In this document: positions 1 to 13,639 of the stretch, piece by piece | Layout of the letters: every line of letters begins with the position of its first letter | Numbering within the stretch: the stretch's first letter is position 1 | Source: Ginglymostoma cirratum | Lineage: Eukaryota | DNA length: 64,000 bases | Assembly (NCBI GenBank): GCA_024137785.1 | Contig: JAHRHZ010000115.1 | Coordinates: 515,579 to 579,578, forward strand | Direction: 5' to 3' | Notes under the pieces: generated by a model | Told to the model about the DNA's origin: nothing | Databases searched by the model: none | Seen by the model: only the letters and a program-made list of their open reading frames with translations | Made by a program: the position numbers and the translations under genes

Positions 1-36
1 GTTTTCCTGCTCCTATGATGCTGCTTGACCTGCTGC
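1..36 (+). mobile_element. 3' fragment of Penelope-like element (family 1), cut by the window edge
   Basis: GTTTTCCTGCTCCTATGATGCTGCTTGACCTGCTG is identical to the sequence following the hammerhead core at 35537 and 55093. Confidence 0.8.
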
Positions 37-201
37 ATTCTATTATATTGGTTGGTTTGTTAGTTTTAATGGTACATTTCTCTGTGATAGTTTTGTAAGA
101 AGCAGTTTGAGGTCTAATTCGCATCATAGTTGTGAATATCGCATTGAAAACAAGTACTGACCGTCAGTTTACGATGGAATTTACACAGTACTCCTTCAAG
201 G

Positions 202-240
202 TGTTTTTGCTCGAGTTCAGCCATTGTTTCTTGCGCTGTG
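202..240 (-). promoter_or_regulatory. V(D)J recombination signal sequence, 23-bp spacer
   Basis: Minus strand directly after the V exon: heptamer CACAGCG (240-234), 23-nt spacer, nonamer GCAAAAACA (210-202). Confidence 0.93.
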
Positions 241-714
241 GTCTGTTGTACAGTAGTAGATGGCAGTGTCTCCGAACTTTAAGTCCATCATCTTCAATGC
301 GAAGATGTCGTTTGAAGTGTCTTTGGACGCAGTAAATCGACCTTTAATCGCTGGCGCGTAGTAATTGTTCGATGAACTATGGTAGCTAACCAACGATTCC
401 AGTCCCTGTCCGGGAACCTGTCGCACCCAGCTCATCCAGTCGCTGACAAGATTGAACCCGCTGGTTTTACAGATCAGTCTCAGGACGCCTCCGGTCTCTG
501 CCTCTGGTTGAGTCAAAGTAATCTCCGACTGGACACGTTTAAAAAGAAATCAAAAGACATGCCGTGCAATCAATGTTGATGGAAAGATTTCTGAGTCCTT
601 TACATGCCTGAGGGTGACTAAGACTGAGACAGTAACAAAGAGAGACTTGAAGAATAAACACCCATATGATAATAACGCCAGTAACAAACTGAGAAAAATT
701 GTCGATGTAATCAT
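241..714 (-). pseudogene. IGHV: Immunoglobulin heavy-chain V segment, shark IgM type (leader 714-666, V exon 536-241), probable pseudogene
   Basis: Leader MITSTIFLSLLLALLS; V exon [57 protein letters not shown] with both Cys and the FR2 Trp. Donor reads ATGGGT (no GT), acceptor reads AC (no AG), about 3 codons are missing in FR1, and GLEW is GLES. Confidence 0.9.
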
Positions 715-799
715 TCTGCTAACTTGCAGAAAACTGATCTGTCAAGATATTTCTAAACAAACCAGATCCAGGAATGTTGAATTACAGTCCAGTGACTAG

Positions 800-810
800 A
801 ATTTATATGC
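800..810 (-). promoter_or_regulatory. TATA box of the VH promoter
   Basis: GCATATAAATT on the minus strand about 90 bp upstream of the leader ATG. Confidence 0.55.
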
Positions 811-973
811 CCAACGAAAGGGGCAGGCTTACAGTCTCCGTCTGTTGGTTTCCTGGTGGGTGCTATGAATGGATCCACGTACCACACCCCCTCCCCACCC
901 CCACAGCCCGACAAATTGGTCTATATATTTTCACGTTTTTATTTTAAACATGGACTATTTTCCATCGTAGGAT

Positions 974-981
974 ATTTGCAT
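974..981 (-). promoter_or_regulatory. Perfect octamer ATGCAAAT upstream of VH
   Basis: ATTTGCAT on + equals ATGCAAAT on the coding strand, 260 bp upstream of the ATG. Confidence 0.35.
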
Positions 982-2516
982 TGCTGGATATCTTGATTGG
1001 ACGTGTTCCCATACTTTTATTAGCGAAACAACAAATGAACAGCTTGAGGTCTGATATAGATGATAGTTTTTAATATTTGATTAAATACAATAAAATTAAT
1101 TCAATTGGAAATCAGCTCATTTCATTTCTTGACATTCATTGACATGCAGATAAAAGAGGAATTTTTTAAAAAATCAATAAATTTATCAGCCGACAAATTG
1201 CTTACTTTTTTGCAGACACTCCCAGTCTCTGTCACACAACAAAATAGCATATAATTCATGATCGGCGTTTATAAATTAAATTTCAGCAACTTAATAAGGA
1301 GCATGTCCAAAGATATTATGCTCAGAATATGAGTGGACGTGTCGAAACAGTATGACTTCAGAGATGAGAAGAAGCTCCTTACATAGAATGATATATCTCC
1401 TTGAACATTTTTTCAAATTGGTCGGACCGAACACAATCATTTGAAAATGCACAGTCAAAGAAAACTGCATGAGTAAATAATAATCTGTGATTTGACAGTG
1501 AAACATGACACTCAGATAAGATTTTGAAAGACAATCTAATGAATTAAAACAGGTCGATCGATAAGTTGAAAAAATCTCCTCAGCGTCCAAATCATTGTCG
1601 GTAACTCTATGGGTATATCATGTTCACTTCGGAAGTGTTATAATCATTGCCACTGATGCAGGTCATGAACATAAGATTTATCTGCTCAATGGTGGCTATG
1701 ACAGGTACTGTTAATTAAAAGACATCAGGAGAAATTAAAAGTTACACTAAACCAGTCCTTGCCACGTCAAAAGAACCCTCTCACGTTACGAAGGTTGCAC
1801 TGATCAGAGAAGGGTTGAAGAAGCTATGCGAGTTCAAGCGAACTAAATTTTGTAAAGTTACTTCAAGATGCTAACAAACAGTCAGTTTGGTTTCATTTAT
1901 TTCACATTATAGAGCTTTAAAGTAGTTAATAAACAAGCTAAACTGACTAGAATGACCTTTGTTTGGAAGTAATAGAAATTGCTGGTGTACAGTAAATTTC
2001 CAGTTTTCTGATAGTCACACAGTAAATGCTGTATTCAGTGATGTCTATTCACGGAAGACGTGCCAAGTGACGTGTGCCCTTCGTGCGTAGTTGCAAAAAT
2101 ACAGCTTTTTTTGGGAAAAATATCTTTTCATTGATTCATATACCCTTTAATGTACCAAGCATATAATCTGGCAGCAATCAGGTCCACTGCAAAAAAAGAC
2201 GCTGGAGTTCACAGTGTCATTTACCGGAAGCATCTGGAGTTTCTACAGTAAATCAAAGGCATTTTTCTTCACTTGATGACTACTTGGCGGAAAACCAAAT
2301 TCAAACCAGAAACATCGCCTCCACATAAATATATCCAGCAACATTGATGGAGAAAATGTTAGTTTTTAGTTGTGTAACTTTGATAATTGGTCTTTTCTCT
2401 CGTGAAAGGAAATATTCGCAGAGTCTCAGACACTATGCAAACATTAACAGTTGACTGGACGTTCGCTACAACAAGTTATAATTTTGAGATAGACAGATAA
2501 ATGGGAGATAGAAAGG

Positions 2517-2899
2517 NNNNNNNNNNNNNNNNNNNNNNNNNNNNNNNNNNNNNNNNNNNNNNNNNNNNNNNNNNNNNNNNNNNNNNNNNNNNNNNNNNNN
2601 NNNNNNNNNNNNNNNNNNNNNNNNNNNNNNNNNNNNNNNNNNNNNNNNNNNNNNNNNNNNNNNNNNNNNNNNNNNNNNNNNNNNNNNNNNNNNNNNNNNN
2701 NNNNNNNNNNNNNNNNNNNNNNNNNNNNNNNNNNNNNNNNNNNNNNNNNNNNNNNNNNNNNNNNNNNNNNNNNNNNNNNNNNNNNNNNNNNNNNNNNNNN
2801 NNNNNNNNNNNNNNNNNNNNNNNNNNNNNNNNNNNNNNNNNNNNNNNNNNNNNNNNNNNNNNNNNNNNNNNNNNNNNNNNNNNNNNNNNNNNNNNNNNN
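2517..2899. other. Assembly gap
   Basis: Run of N. Confidence 1.
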
Positions 2900-5859
2900 A
2901 GATATTTTGTCTGTTTAGAGTTAATTGGCCATGTCGTTGTTCCTGATGCTAAGTTAGCTTATTTATTTCACACGAGACGATAGCCGTAATACACTGTACT
3001 TTGTCTCAGTAATGACTGAGCCTTATCAGTTTACGTCTGTAGTGTTCGTGAGTCGATAACTGAATCTCTCCACGATATCAGTATTATGTCAAAATACCCT
3101 GTTATTGCTTAGAATAAAATAGATCCCATTCATACAAAACCAAATCCAGTCTCGGCTAATCTGTATTTATTCAATTTAAATCTCTTATTTTCTAGTAACC
3201 CTACTTAGGCCAAGCGAATCCCTTTCCACAATGAAGGGTTATATTTTTCAATTGAGGATAGTTTAACAATGCTAATACTTATCAATAAACATTCTACAGT
3301 GTGCTGCTCATGTATAGTACGGTCAGGACGTCTATGTCGTTTTCAGAGGTACCAAAGTTTTCTCCATTGATCAATTGGAAAATACATTAAATGACATCAA
3401 GAAGAACGAGGAAAAATTTGACAAATATTCATCTTAGCATCTCACTGAAACTTCTGATCGATTTCTCGAATGGGTGATGATTTGTTCAACAGATTGCAAA
3501 AAAAAGACTGTATTTATACCTGACTTAGAATTAATACGACTTTAATCATTCAGTTTTGTTTTCCTTTCAATACAAGGCAAACACCCGTTGCCAGTAAGGG
3601 AAATCACATTATTAATATACTGAAGAACTGTTACATTTGGCGACCAAACAAAACTATTTTACGTTTTGTTTAAAAGATTGGCTTATTTGTCATTGTGTGT
3701 TCTATGTGATCTTTGGTGAAATGAGTCTGGCTCTGCTATAATGAAAGCAAAATAGTTGGCCAACACTCTCATAACAACTATAGAATGCAGTGAGACGATT
3801 TCTGTATCATAAGAGAATGTGTCCGGAATAATATAAAAGGAGCTACTTACTAATCGAAGAAGAACGGAGGCAGGATCTAGTCTCGAGTGACTATAAATAA
3901 GTTTCTGTGGATAGCATAAAGGGGCAGAGTTAAATTTTATCTAAACTACAATTTTTTGCAGTTAAATCTCACAAGGTCAAAGTTTCTAGCTAACATAATA
4001 ATGGTTTGTTGTCACATTTGAACCGAAGGTTTGATCTTACCATAATCACTACAGTGATAGATTTTTACACAATAAAGGTGGGTACATCTAACGGTGAAGT
4101 TGATTGAAGCAAACATATTGTCTGCTGCAGCAATACCAGAGACAGAGACAGACGTCAATGCTTTATTTAATACTTCATAGAATACGGTGTGGTGATGATG
4201 AAGTCAGTATCAAGTGCACTCAAGTCAAGATTCTGCCTGACATAATAACATATGTGTGTTAGAGCCCAATATATAGCTTGCCGAACACCTAATACCAGAG
4301 TCAAACGCTATTTGAACACAAAAACATGGAGTTAGTTTCATAACAATCCCAAGGTCCCCCGAATTGAAAATGAAAAGAGAAAATGTTGTTATTAAATCTG
4401 CAGGTCAGGCAACATCTCTGAAGGAAACAAAGCACAGGCCTTCCGTTAATATTGGCGACATTTAATTTAAACAGAAAACACATCCGGTCTCTGACAATTT
4501 ATTTTTCCAGAACGTGTGCTCCGTAGCCTTTCCACAAGGATGCTGAAAGCAAGAAACACGTCAGATCATTCTTAAGAAATTGGGGGCATTGTCACACCTG
4601 AGGCTTTTTATTTATTCAGTCCAGAGTCTTGATTGCAAAATGTTGTAAATGTTCACGATGGTAGGTTATGATATTAGTAATTCTGATTTGATTCGTCTGT
4701 TATCATTTTTTCTCACGTTCAGAAAAGGTGAAGGGAATGAAAGACACATCGACTCTTGGCAGCATCTCCATTCAGCAAAGGACGGGTGCCTACAAAGATT
4801 TGCAGCTTTGAAAAAGCCATCCATTACTTAAGAAAACATACTTTGACTCCTCGGAGTTTTGGAAGGACTGCATACCTCTTGAGCAAGCGCATAGAGGTTC
4901 CTGGAATGGCAATAATTATCACTGATGTTGCATACAGCGAGCCAGTGAACCTAATAGACACCTGATTTTAACAGAAGACTGAAGGGCAAGAAGGGTCTGA
5001 CGGTTTAAGGCCTAGTACGGTATTATAGAAAGCGTCAGAGAACTAATTTGGCTGAAACTAAGTGGAAGCCTCATGACTAACGTGATTAGGACTGACGCCA
5101 GCTGAGTCAGGCAGGATGTGTTTTTTTCAACTGGAGGACAAACATAGTGGACTCTCGCATATTATCAAATGTAAGATAGCAAAGGGACATATGACAGAGG
5201 AACCTAAAACAACCTGCTCATTCTGCTTCTTATCAACAGCTTGCAAATTTTATAGACAACAAAGGACAACAGCTAGTAACTCAGAGAAACTAACGTTTAA
5301 ATCTTCTGCTTGAAGTAAATTATGACTAATAAGATTAAACAGCAGAAGATCACCAGAAGAAAATGTTAGCGACACAAATTTAAATAATATTTGAAACTCT
5401 GTTCATCCAGAGATTTGTACGCCATCATGGTTTCTTAAATATCAAGATAATAATCAACTTCAGAACAAGCTCTTTCAAAGAGAGGAATGTGTGAAGCTAC
5501 ACAATACTGCGCTTTATTTGAATTCAATGATGGTCAGGGTTGGATACAGGAAAAGTAGGAAAAGTGCTTTCTGCATATATTGATTCTGTTTATCTGACAC
5601 ACCGACACAAGTGCACACATACTTTACTCCAGTCCTCTCGATAGAGGATATCAGTTACACATCAGAAATAGTTGGTAAATGAGCAAAACGAAAGGAAATA
5701 AAGATAAAAATAAATTTTCAGTGAAGTGTTCCTGCGCAAATAAATGGAGATCCTTGTTGACAGCCCGGGATCGAGGTGAACGACATGCTGGGGTATCAAC
5801 ACAAATGACACGTGACATATTTCATGCGTTGAGTTTTTTTTTCAAAATTCTACAGATAC

Positions 5860-7510
5860 AGGGAATGCTCCAGTAGAGTGGAAAATTGTGAATTGAAATA
5901 ATGTATTAAAAAGGGGAGATACAAAAAGCAGAAACATGTTGCCAGTTAATAGCATTTGGCATAAGGAACATGTCAGAAACGTTTATTCGGGAAATTATAC
6001 AGGAGCACTTAAAAATTATCGAAGTTTTCAGACGGAATCATTGTTACATTGTAATTGGAAAATCATGCCTACAGATCATTGTAGATTTTTGAATAACTAA
6101 CATCTGCATTTGATAAAGGAGAAGCAAGACATGCATCATAGTTCGATTTTGAGAAATCAGAGAAATATCGGAAAATAGAGAACAGAAGTAGGCTAGTCAA
6201 ATCACTGAGCTGGTCCCATTATTCAATATGATCATGGCTGATCAAAGTCCGGTGAACTTTCTCAGCACCTCCTCTACGGAAAGGCCATCTTTTCTGAGAT
6301 AAGGCGACCTTACCTGTACATCATACAATAGTTTCAGTCTAACCAAGCCCCTATGCAATTAAAACAAGGCTTCTCTATTCCTGCGTTCACATCGCCTGAT
6401 AATAATGGCTAATATCCTATCAATGTTCTTAAAGTATATTGAATAAAGTTCCAAATCAGACTTCGTCGCAGAACACAAATACTTGTGATGGAGTGGTGAT
6501 ACGCTGGAATGAATAGAATATTGGCTAGCTTATCGAGTCCAATAAGCAAACGTAACTTTGTACTTTTTGATTGTCAAGATTCAATAAATCGTGTATCAAG
6601 CGATCAGTGTTGCAATCTCACTGCTTTACAGTTACTTGAAATGACTTGGCTAAAGGGATGAAAACTGTTTAATAATATGCTGTTTCATAACACATTGATA
6701 TGTCGGAATGTTAGTTGTAAAGAACACTTTTGGAAGCTAAAAATAGATATGTATTGGTTAAGTGACTGGGAAAGCAATATCTAACAAATGTAGCAACATG
6801 GCTCAACTTTCGATATGTCTGTATTTTCAGGGATAGTACAGTAGAGATCAGTGATGCAGAGGCATCAGAATGCTTTTGAACATTATCTGCAAAAGTTGAG
6901 AATGCAGGAACTGCAATTTCCTAATAAAACTAAAAGACTGTAATGTTTTAGTTCGAAATGAGTTCAATACAATAGTATCAAAATCATGATTCGTGTATAC
7001 AGTGCATTGAAAGAGATCACATCAGCAGTCGTGTACACGGATTGGTCCTTCTGGAAGGAAGGATGGAAATGTGTTGCGAGGATTTCGGGGAAGATTTATG
7101 AGATGACTACATGCAGTGGACATGTTCGCTGATGAGCAATGTTTGGACGGGATAAACTTGAACACACTTAAATTTGAATAATGTAAATTATGTCAGGTCA
7201 TCAATCACCTCGACACGGTAAATGGGCATGAAATTCATCTTTTGAGATGAGTGGCCACAGTTGAAAATCAGAATTTGCCCATTTGAGACAAAAGTAAGCA
7301 TATCTATTGAAATGCAGTCGTTGGAACTATTTTAATAAAAATGAGTTGAAGCAGAATTTACCAATATCTTTTGAAGGCAGTGATAGATAGATTCTTGTTA
7401 AGTAAGGGAGTGAAAGATTATTGGATGTGGGAAGGGATACGGAATGAATGGGTGTGCAGGCTCAAAGGATTGGATAGCTTTTTCTAAATCTATGATGTGG
7501 CTGCTGTGTA
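5860..7510 (+). mobile_element. Old CR1-type LINE, RT and 3' region, heavily decayed (nested minus-strand fragment about 6180-6430)
   Basis: Colinear with the RT/3' region of better-preserved CR1 copies in this window. Confidence 0.6.
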
Positions 7511-8599
7511 AATGAGAAAGAAAGTGTAGGGAGAGAGTTTGAGTGAGACAGTTGGAATGTGTAGCAGCTGATTGGCCTATTTGACGAACCCATGCACTTA
7601 AAGTATCGTCGAGATGTTTGAATTGAAACATAAAACATGCGGTCATACTTTCAATGGACTCTCACAACGTATTGAACATAAACATACTTATTTGCAATGC
7701 CCTACCCTTTCAATATGTATCAGTAAAAAAAGAAACAATCTGAAAATCATTTGATGGAGGTACTTAGTTAACATAATAACAGACATTGCAAGCAGTTAAA
7801 AATTATGTTCTGGACACGCAGACGTCTTAACACAAATTTTACACGCGTAATATTATGTGAAGTATGAATTACTCACATCGAACAACTGCAATTAAAATGA
7901 CAAAATGCATTATTTATTTCATTATTTATTCCAAAAATAATCACAATTGACCAGATGCAAGTGTGCACATTATTCCCCTTTACATCCATCTATCTCGAAG
8001 AGGCAGGGTTTTTTTTTTATTATGCACTTAACAGAAATTAGATGCTTGTTTTAACATATTCATTAACATCAAACTGTCCACCGAGTTCTCCATCTTTAGT
8101 TGACTTGGATCGCATGCTTCAGAGAGTTAAGATTTTTTTTTGTATTTTTAATCAGTTACATTAAAAGCCACCTTTACATCGAGCCCTCTTGATGTCTACA
8201 CCTGCTTCTTGTATGGTGCAGTTAACTTATGTAGTGTGTACTGTATTAATAAGTGAAAGATACTCTGAAAGATAAGTTATGATACTAAACCAGAAACAGG
8301 TAAAATCGTTCACGTATGAGTCAAGGCTAACGCAGCAAAGCCTTTAATGAAGTCAAATTTAAAGTTAAGGAAACTTTCTGCAGAGAACCATCAATTCAGA
8401 ATTTGACACTTTTCCGAATTGACAGTTGGATAACCACCTGCATTCAGAAATTCAACTGATTTTCAAACAGAAAATGGAATGTAGATGTAGATGGTACGTT
8501 TAGCATTTATTAAAACCTCTTTAAATCTCCTTGAGTTGCTTACTAGCTGAATCATTCCAGAAGGCAGTTCAGAGTCACTAATTTAACAGAAGAATACTG

Positions 8600-10445
8600 G
8601 GAGTGTGATCTGGACACCCAAAACAGACGAGAAAGACAGATGTGTGGCATATTCCAGGAAAGTGTAAAAACAGTACTTAAAAATATAAATGGATTTCAAA
8701 TTCCCCGTTGTTAACTGGGATGGTCTCAAAGTGAAGTGCCCAGAGGAGACTGAGTTCTCAAAACGTGACCAGGAGAGTTTTCTTTCTAAGATAGAATTTC
8801 GAAAGCTCTACAAAGTCCTGGGGTGCAGGCCCTAATTTTAGGGAACAAATCCAGGCAAGTGGCAAAAGAGTCAATTGGAGACAATTTTGGTGATAGTGGC
8901 TGCTGTTCTGGAAGATATCAGATATTCAGGGGGAAAATAAAAATATCGATGAGAAATAAAAGTTTTGAATTGAGGCAAGGCCGATTTTATTCTGATATGA
9001 CTAGACGTAACGAAAGTGGCTCAGGAGCAACTACCAACGGAAAACATACATCAGAGAACTGGAAGTTTTTCCAATGCGAAATAATGAGATTGTAGGTTCA
9101 AATTGTTCCTTAAAGATGAAGACAAGTAGCAAAAATCCCAAAGGTCGCAATAGATGGAGAAATGTAAAGGATCAGAGAAGCAAAAAAACTACATTTATGG
9201 TAGATACTGCAGTCTCAGAATCTCAGAAACACAAGAAAAATGCAGAAAGTACAGGGGTTGCTTAAAAATAACTAAGAAAAGTAAAGAGAATGCCTTTTCT
9301 ATAAAACAAAAGTGGCTATAATAGAGGAAAAGTCAAAAAACATTCAATGAATATTTAAAGAGCAAGAACATACTGAGGGAAAGATTGGGACCCATGTGAA
9401 AACTGAATACCTAACTGTGGTGGAGCTGGAAGACTTTAGTTTTTTTGATACAGTACGTTACATCTGTTCTCACGACAAAGAAAGATACAGAGATATAAAT
9501 CTGGTAAGAATGCTGTGGTAATTCAAAAATGTTCAGTTGGGACAGAAAAAAATATTTGTGGTGTTCGAGGGCATAAAATTGCATAAGATACAAGTCCCAA
9601 AACCCTAAGCAAGGGAATAGATTATACAGACCCTGGTGTGAATTTTCAAATCGTCCATGTACGACAGAAAGATGCCAGAGCACTGATGGCCTGCTAGCGT
9701 GTCGATTCAAGAATTTTTGCAAGGATCATTCACGGAATTACATTATAATCTCTTGAGTCTAGCATCGGTGCAGTGGAAATTATTGTAAAAAGAAATCTGA
9801 GAGACGACATTCATTAAAAGTTGGAAACATAAGTTTTAAAAAATAAAATTCAAAATGACTTTTTTGGGAGTGGTATCATGTCAGACATTTTTGATACCAT
9901 GTTCCAAGGAGGCGACGATATGTGTGGTTGAGGGGAGAAAATGATGTAAACCACGTTGACTTCAAGAATGTTTCTGATTAGGTCTTTCATCTAAAATGAG
10001 TTAAAAATTCTTGGAGCTCAATGCAATTCTGGAAATTGTATCCAACGTTTACTTGATGGAAGAAAGCAGAGTGTAATAACTGAAGGTAGTCTTTGTGAAA
10101 AAAAACTTTGTGCCCAGTGGTGTTTTGCAAGATTTTGGTGCTGGGTCATTTATGGTTTGTAATTTATATTGATGATCTAGTCATAAATACAGGAATTTTG
10201 ATCAGTCAATTCATAGATGAGGCGAAAGATGTGTGGTATTGCAATTAGTCAGGAGGAAAGCCTTACACAACTGTATGATATAGATAATTTACCTGTCGGA
10301 CAGAACAATGCATGATAGCTCATTATCCTGAAACCTGTGAAAGTGAAGCATTTTAGATGACTATAAAGTCAAGAGAATAAACGATGCATGGTTTGAACTT
10401 TCAGAATGTAAAGGATAAGTGGTCACTTGCTTTGCATATCCCCTT
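8600..10445 (+). mobile_element. Decayed CR1-type LINE ORF2; resumes at about 13640-13700
   Basis: Remnants of the DFN/DW, DFxKAFD and PSGVxQxxVLG motifs; colinear with the copies at 17730 and 42115. Confidence 0.7.
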
Positions 10446-10449
10446 CAAG

Positions 10450-13400
10450 GGAAAGGTGATGGTCGAGAGGTATTGTCACTTGATTATTAATTCAGGAAAC
10501 TCAGCTAATGTTTTGGGGATCCGCGTTTGAACCTCGTGACGGTAAATTGTGGAATTTGAATTTAAATATGTATGTCTGGAACTACTGATGACAGTTAAAA
10601 CATTATCTATTTTCAGAAAGTCCCATCAATAATTTCCTTCAGGGAAGGGAATTTGCATTTCTCACTTGGTTTTGGCCTACATGAAACTCCAGACCCAAAG
10701 CAATATGGTTGATTCTCAACTGCCCTAGCAAACCATTCAGTTGAATCAATTTGCAAAATCCAAATAAAGGGATGAAATTAGATTGAGCTCCTGGCATTGA
10801 CCAACATGCTGGCAGAGTCTTCGGCAGAAACATCTGCATTGAACCTGCAACATCCTCCTTAGAAACAACTTGGGTCTGATGCCAAATTTTGGATATCTTT
10901 CTCACAGACTAGTTATGCGACAGCCTGCTAAATTCATCGTTCAAACACAGTCACACAAGCACTATACCATCCCTGAAATGCCCTGTCCCACCTGCAGGAC
11001 ATCCTACCAGAAGTGGCAGCACATTAGTTAACAGTCGGAAGGGAGTTGCTTTTGAGTTGTCAACATTAATTCTAGACCACATGCAATTTCATGCCTTCTA
11101 GTTTAAAAATAGGCGCAGAAATCTCCTTCTAATTGCTATGAACCATCTACTCTTCGCTGATAATCAGTTCTCCTCAATTTTTAACAGCAGTTGGGAAAGC
11201 ACTGAAGGTGGCAAGGAAGCAAAATGTACTTCGGCTGGTGAACTTGAATGTCTACCTGTAGGAGTACTGAGGCAGCAACACTACTGTTCGAGCTGATCGG
11301 ATCCAAAACGACATGGCCCCCAGATTGGATATGCAGTCGTTGGTGAGGGGACCAACAAGAGGGAACCTGCATAGTCGACCTCATCTTTACCAAATACCGT
11401 CAGCAGATGCATCTGTTATTGACAGAATCAAAACAGTGATCACCATATAGCCCGATGTCGAAGAAGTACCACCTTCGCATTGAGAATACTCTACAATGTG
11501 TTGCCTCACTTTATCAGCATGCTAAATGGGACAGATCTGGTAACTCAACATTTGACATTCATGATGTGTTTTTGGCCATCAACAGAATCAGGATTATATT
11601 CCAGTGTAATCTGCAACTCCATCGTCCTGCATATTCTCCACTCAATCAGTTTGATCAAGAGAGAGGATCAGCCCTGGTTTAGTACAAAATTTAGGAAAGA
11701 ATCCCAGGAGCAGCATCGAGCATACTTTAAAAAGAGGTTTCAACCTGCTGAAGCTGCACACAGGTAATATTCACGTGCCAAACAGTATAAGCAGCAAGTG
11801 ATAAACAGTGCGAAGCAATCTCACAGCTAATGGATCAGACCAAAGTTCTGCAGTGGTGCCACATCAAGTCGTGAATTGTGATGATCAATTAAACAATTAT
11901 TTTCAGAGGATCAGGCCAGCCATATATTCTCACCTTTAACAATGGAAGAGACCAACACATCAGTGCAAAACGTGAAGCTGAAACATTCACAGCTATCTTC
12001 AACCAGAAGTGCAAAATGAATGATTTATCTCAGCCTCCTCTCATGGCAGCAACATGACAGATACCAGTCTTCAACCACTTGAATTCATGCCACTTGATTT
12101 CAGGAACCAGTGGGGAGAGCTCAGTACTGCAAAGGTTATCGGCTCTGACAAAATTCTGGCAATAGTACTTAAGACCTGTACTCCAGCATGTTCTACTCTC
12201 CTATCCAAGCTCTTCCATCACAGCAAAAACATCAGAATTTGTCCGAATCAGAATATGGAAAATTAAAAAGGAATTCCCTGTACACAGAAAGCGGATCAAT
12301 ACAAACCAGCTAATTACTGCATCATCAGTCTGCTCTCAATCATGAGTAAAGTGTTTGAAGATACCATCAAAAGTGCGATCAAGCAGCATAAGCTCAGCAA
12401 TAACTTTCTCGGTTACGTGGGATAATGCAATGGCCACTCAGCTCCTGACTGAATTACTGACATCGTTCAAACGTGGACAAAGAACTGAATTCCAGAACTG
12501 AGGGAAGACTGACAGCCCTTGATATCGAGGTCAGTTTCGACCGAGTATGGTTTAAGGAGACAGAGCCAAACTGGAATCAATGAGTATGAGGTGACAAGCA
12601 TTTCTCTGTCTGGAGTCATAACTGGTATATAAGAAGGTGGTTATAGTTGTTGGAGTTCATTCACTCAGCTCCAGGGCATGTTTGTTGGAGTTCCGAAACG
12701 TAGTGTCACAGGCCAATCATCTTCAGCTGCTTCATCAAAGACCTTCCCTCCATCACAAGATCAGAAATAAAATGTCCACTGAAGCTAACACAATGCTCAG
12801 CACCTTTTCCGACTCCTCAGATACAGAAGCAGCTCATATTCAAATCCAACGAGATCCGAGCAATATCCCGACTTGGGCTGTCAAGTAGCAAATAGCATTG
12901 ACACTATAAAAATGCCAGACAATGACCATTGACAGTAAGAGACAATCTAATCACGGCCCTTGTACAGTCAATGGTGTTACCATCACCGAATCCTTTGTTG
13001 TCCACATTCTGGGGGTTGTCAATGACTAGAAACTGAACTGGACAGGCCATATTAAAACACTGGCTACAAAAGCAGACCAGCGGCAAGTAGTACTGTGCCG
13101 AGTAACTCGCACTCCTGACTCCCCACAGACAATCTACCATCTAAAAGGCAGGAATCAGGAGTTGTTAGCATACTTTCTCAATTTTATGGATCGGTGTAGC
13201 TCCAACTACACTCAGGAAGCTTGACATCATCCAGGACAAAGTAACCTGCTTGATCAGCAGCATGTTCACAAGCATCCAGCGCCTCCAAACCTGATGCTGA
13301 ATAGTTACAGCGCATACAATCTACAAGATGAAAATGTAGAAATTTACCAAAATTATTAAGCAGCACCTTATTAACCTATTACCACTCCCATCGAGTAGGA

Positions 13401-13639
13401 CAAGAGCAGCAGATACATGGGAACCACACTACTTGCAAGATCCCCTCCAAGCTACTGACAGCCCTGATGCAGAAATATATCATTGATCCTTCTCTGTAAC
13501 TGGGTCAAAATTCTGGAATTCCCTTCCGAAGGACATTTTGTACTGTGACATTTCAGAAAGGCAGTCATCACCATCATCTCAACTAGAGACGGGTGCTAAC
13601 GGCCAGTGTGTCCAACAAGTAAAAGCAAAAAAAAAAAAA
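10450..13639 (+). mobile_element. Composite retroelement: tRNA-derived SINE head/body (about 10450-10740) fused to a decayed APE-RT ORF and poly(A) tail
   Basis: Head matches the SINE at 58835; APE start (ILLRNNLGLMPNFGYLSHRLVMRQP) near 10850, SDH near 11435; RT TALDIEVSFDRVW near 12510 and GVP..IFSCFIKDL near 12690; A-tail ends 13639. Confidence 0.75.

Noticed and set aside
2210-2216. CACAGTG heptamer
   Set aside because: No nonamer at 12- or 23-bp spacing and no D or J segment
2501-2983. ORFs spanning N runs (also the 3' part of 33396-35510, 34981-35415 and 52350-53153)
   Set aside because: Artefacts of assembly gaps
2975-3150. Minus-strand DIVERFS ... TVYYG with V-domain-like spacing
   Set aside because: Needs frameshifts, contains stops, lacks the Cys, has no WxxQ and no RSS; could be chance
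5755-5810. Imperfect hairpin TGTTGA..TCAACA
   Set aside because: Too many mismatches to call a miRNA or MITE
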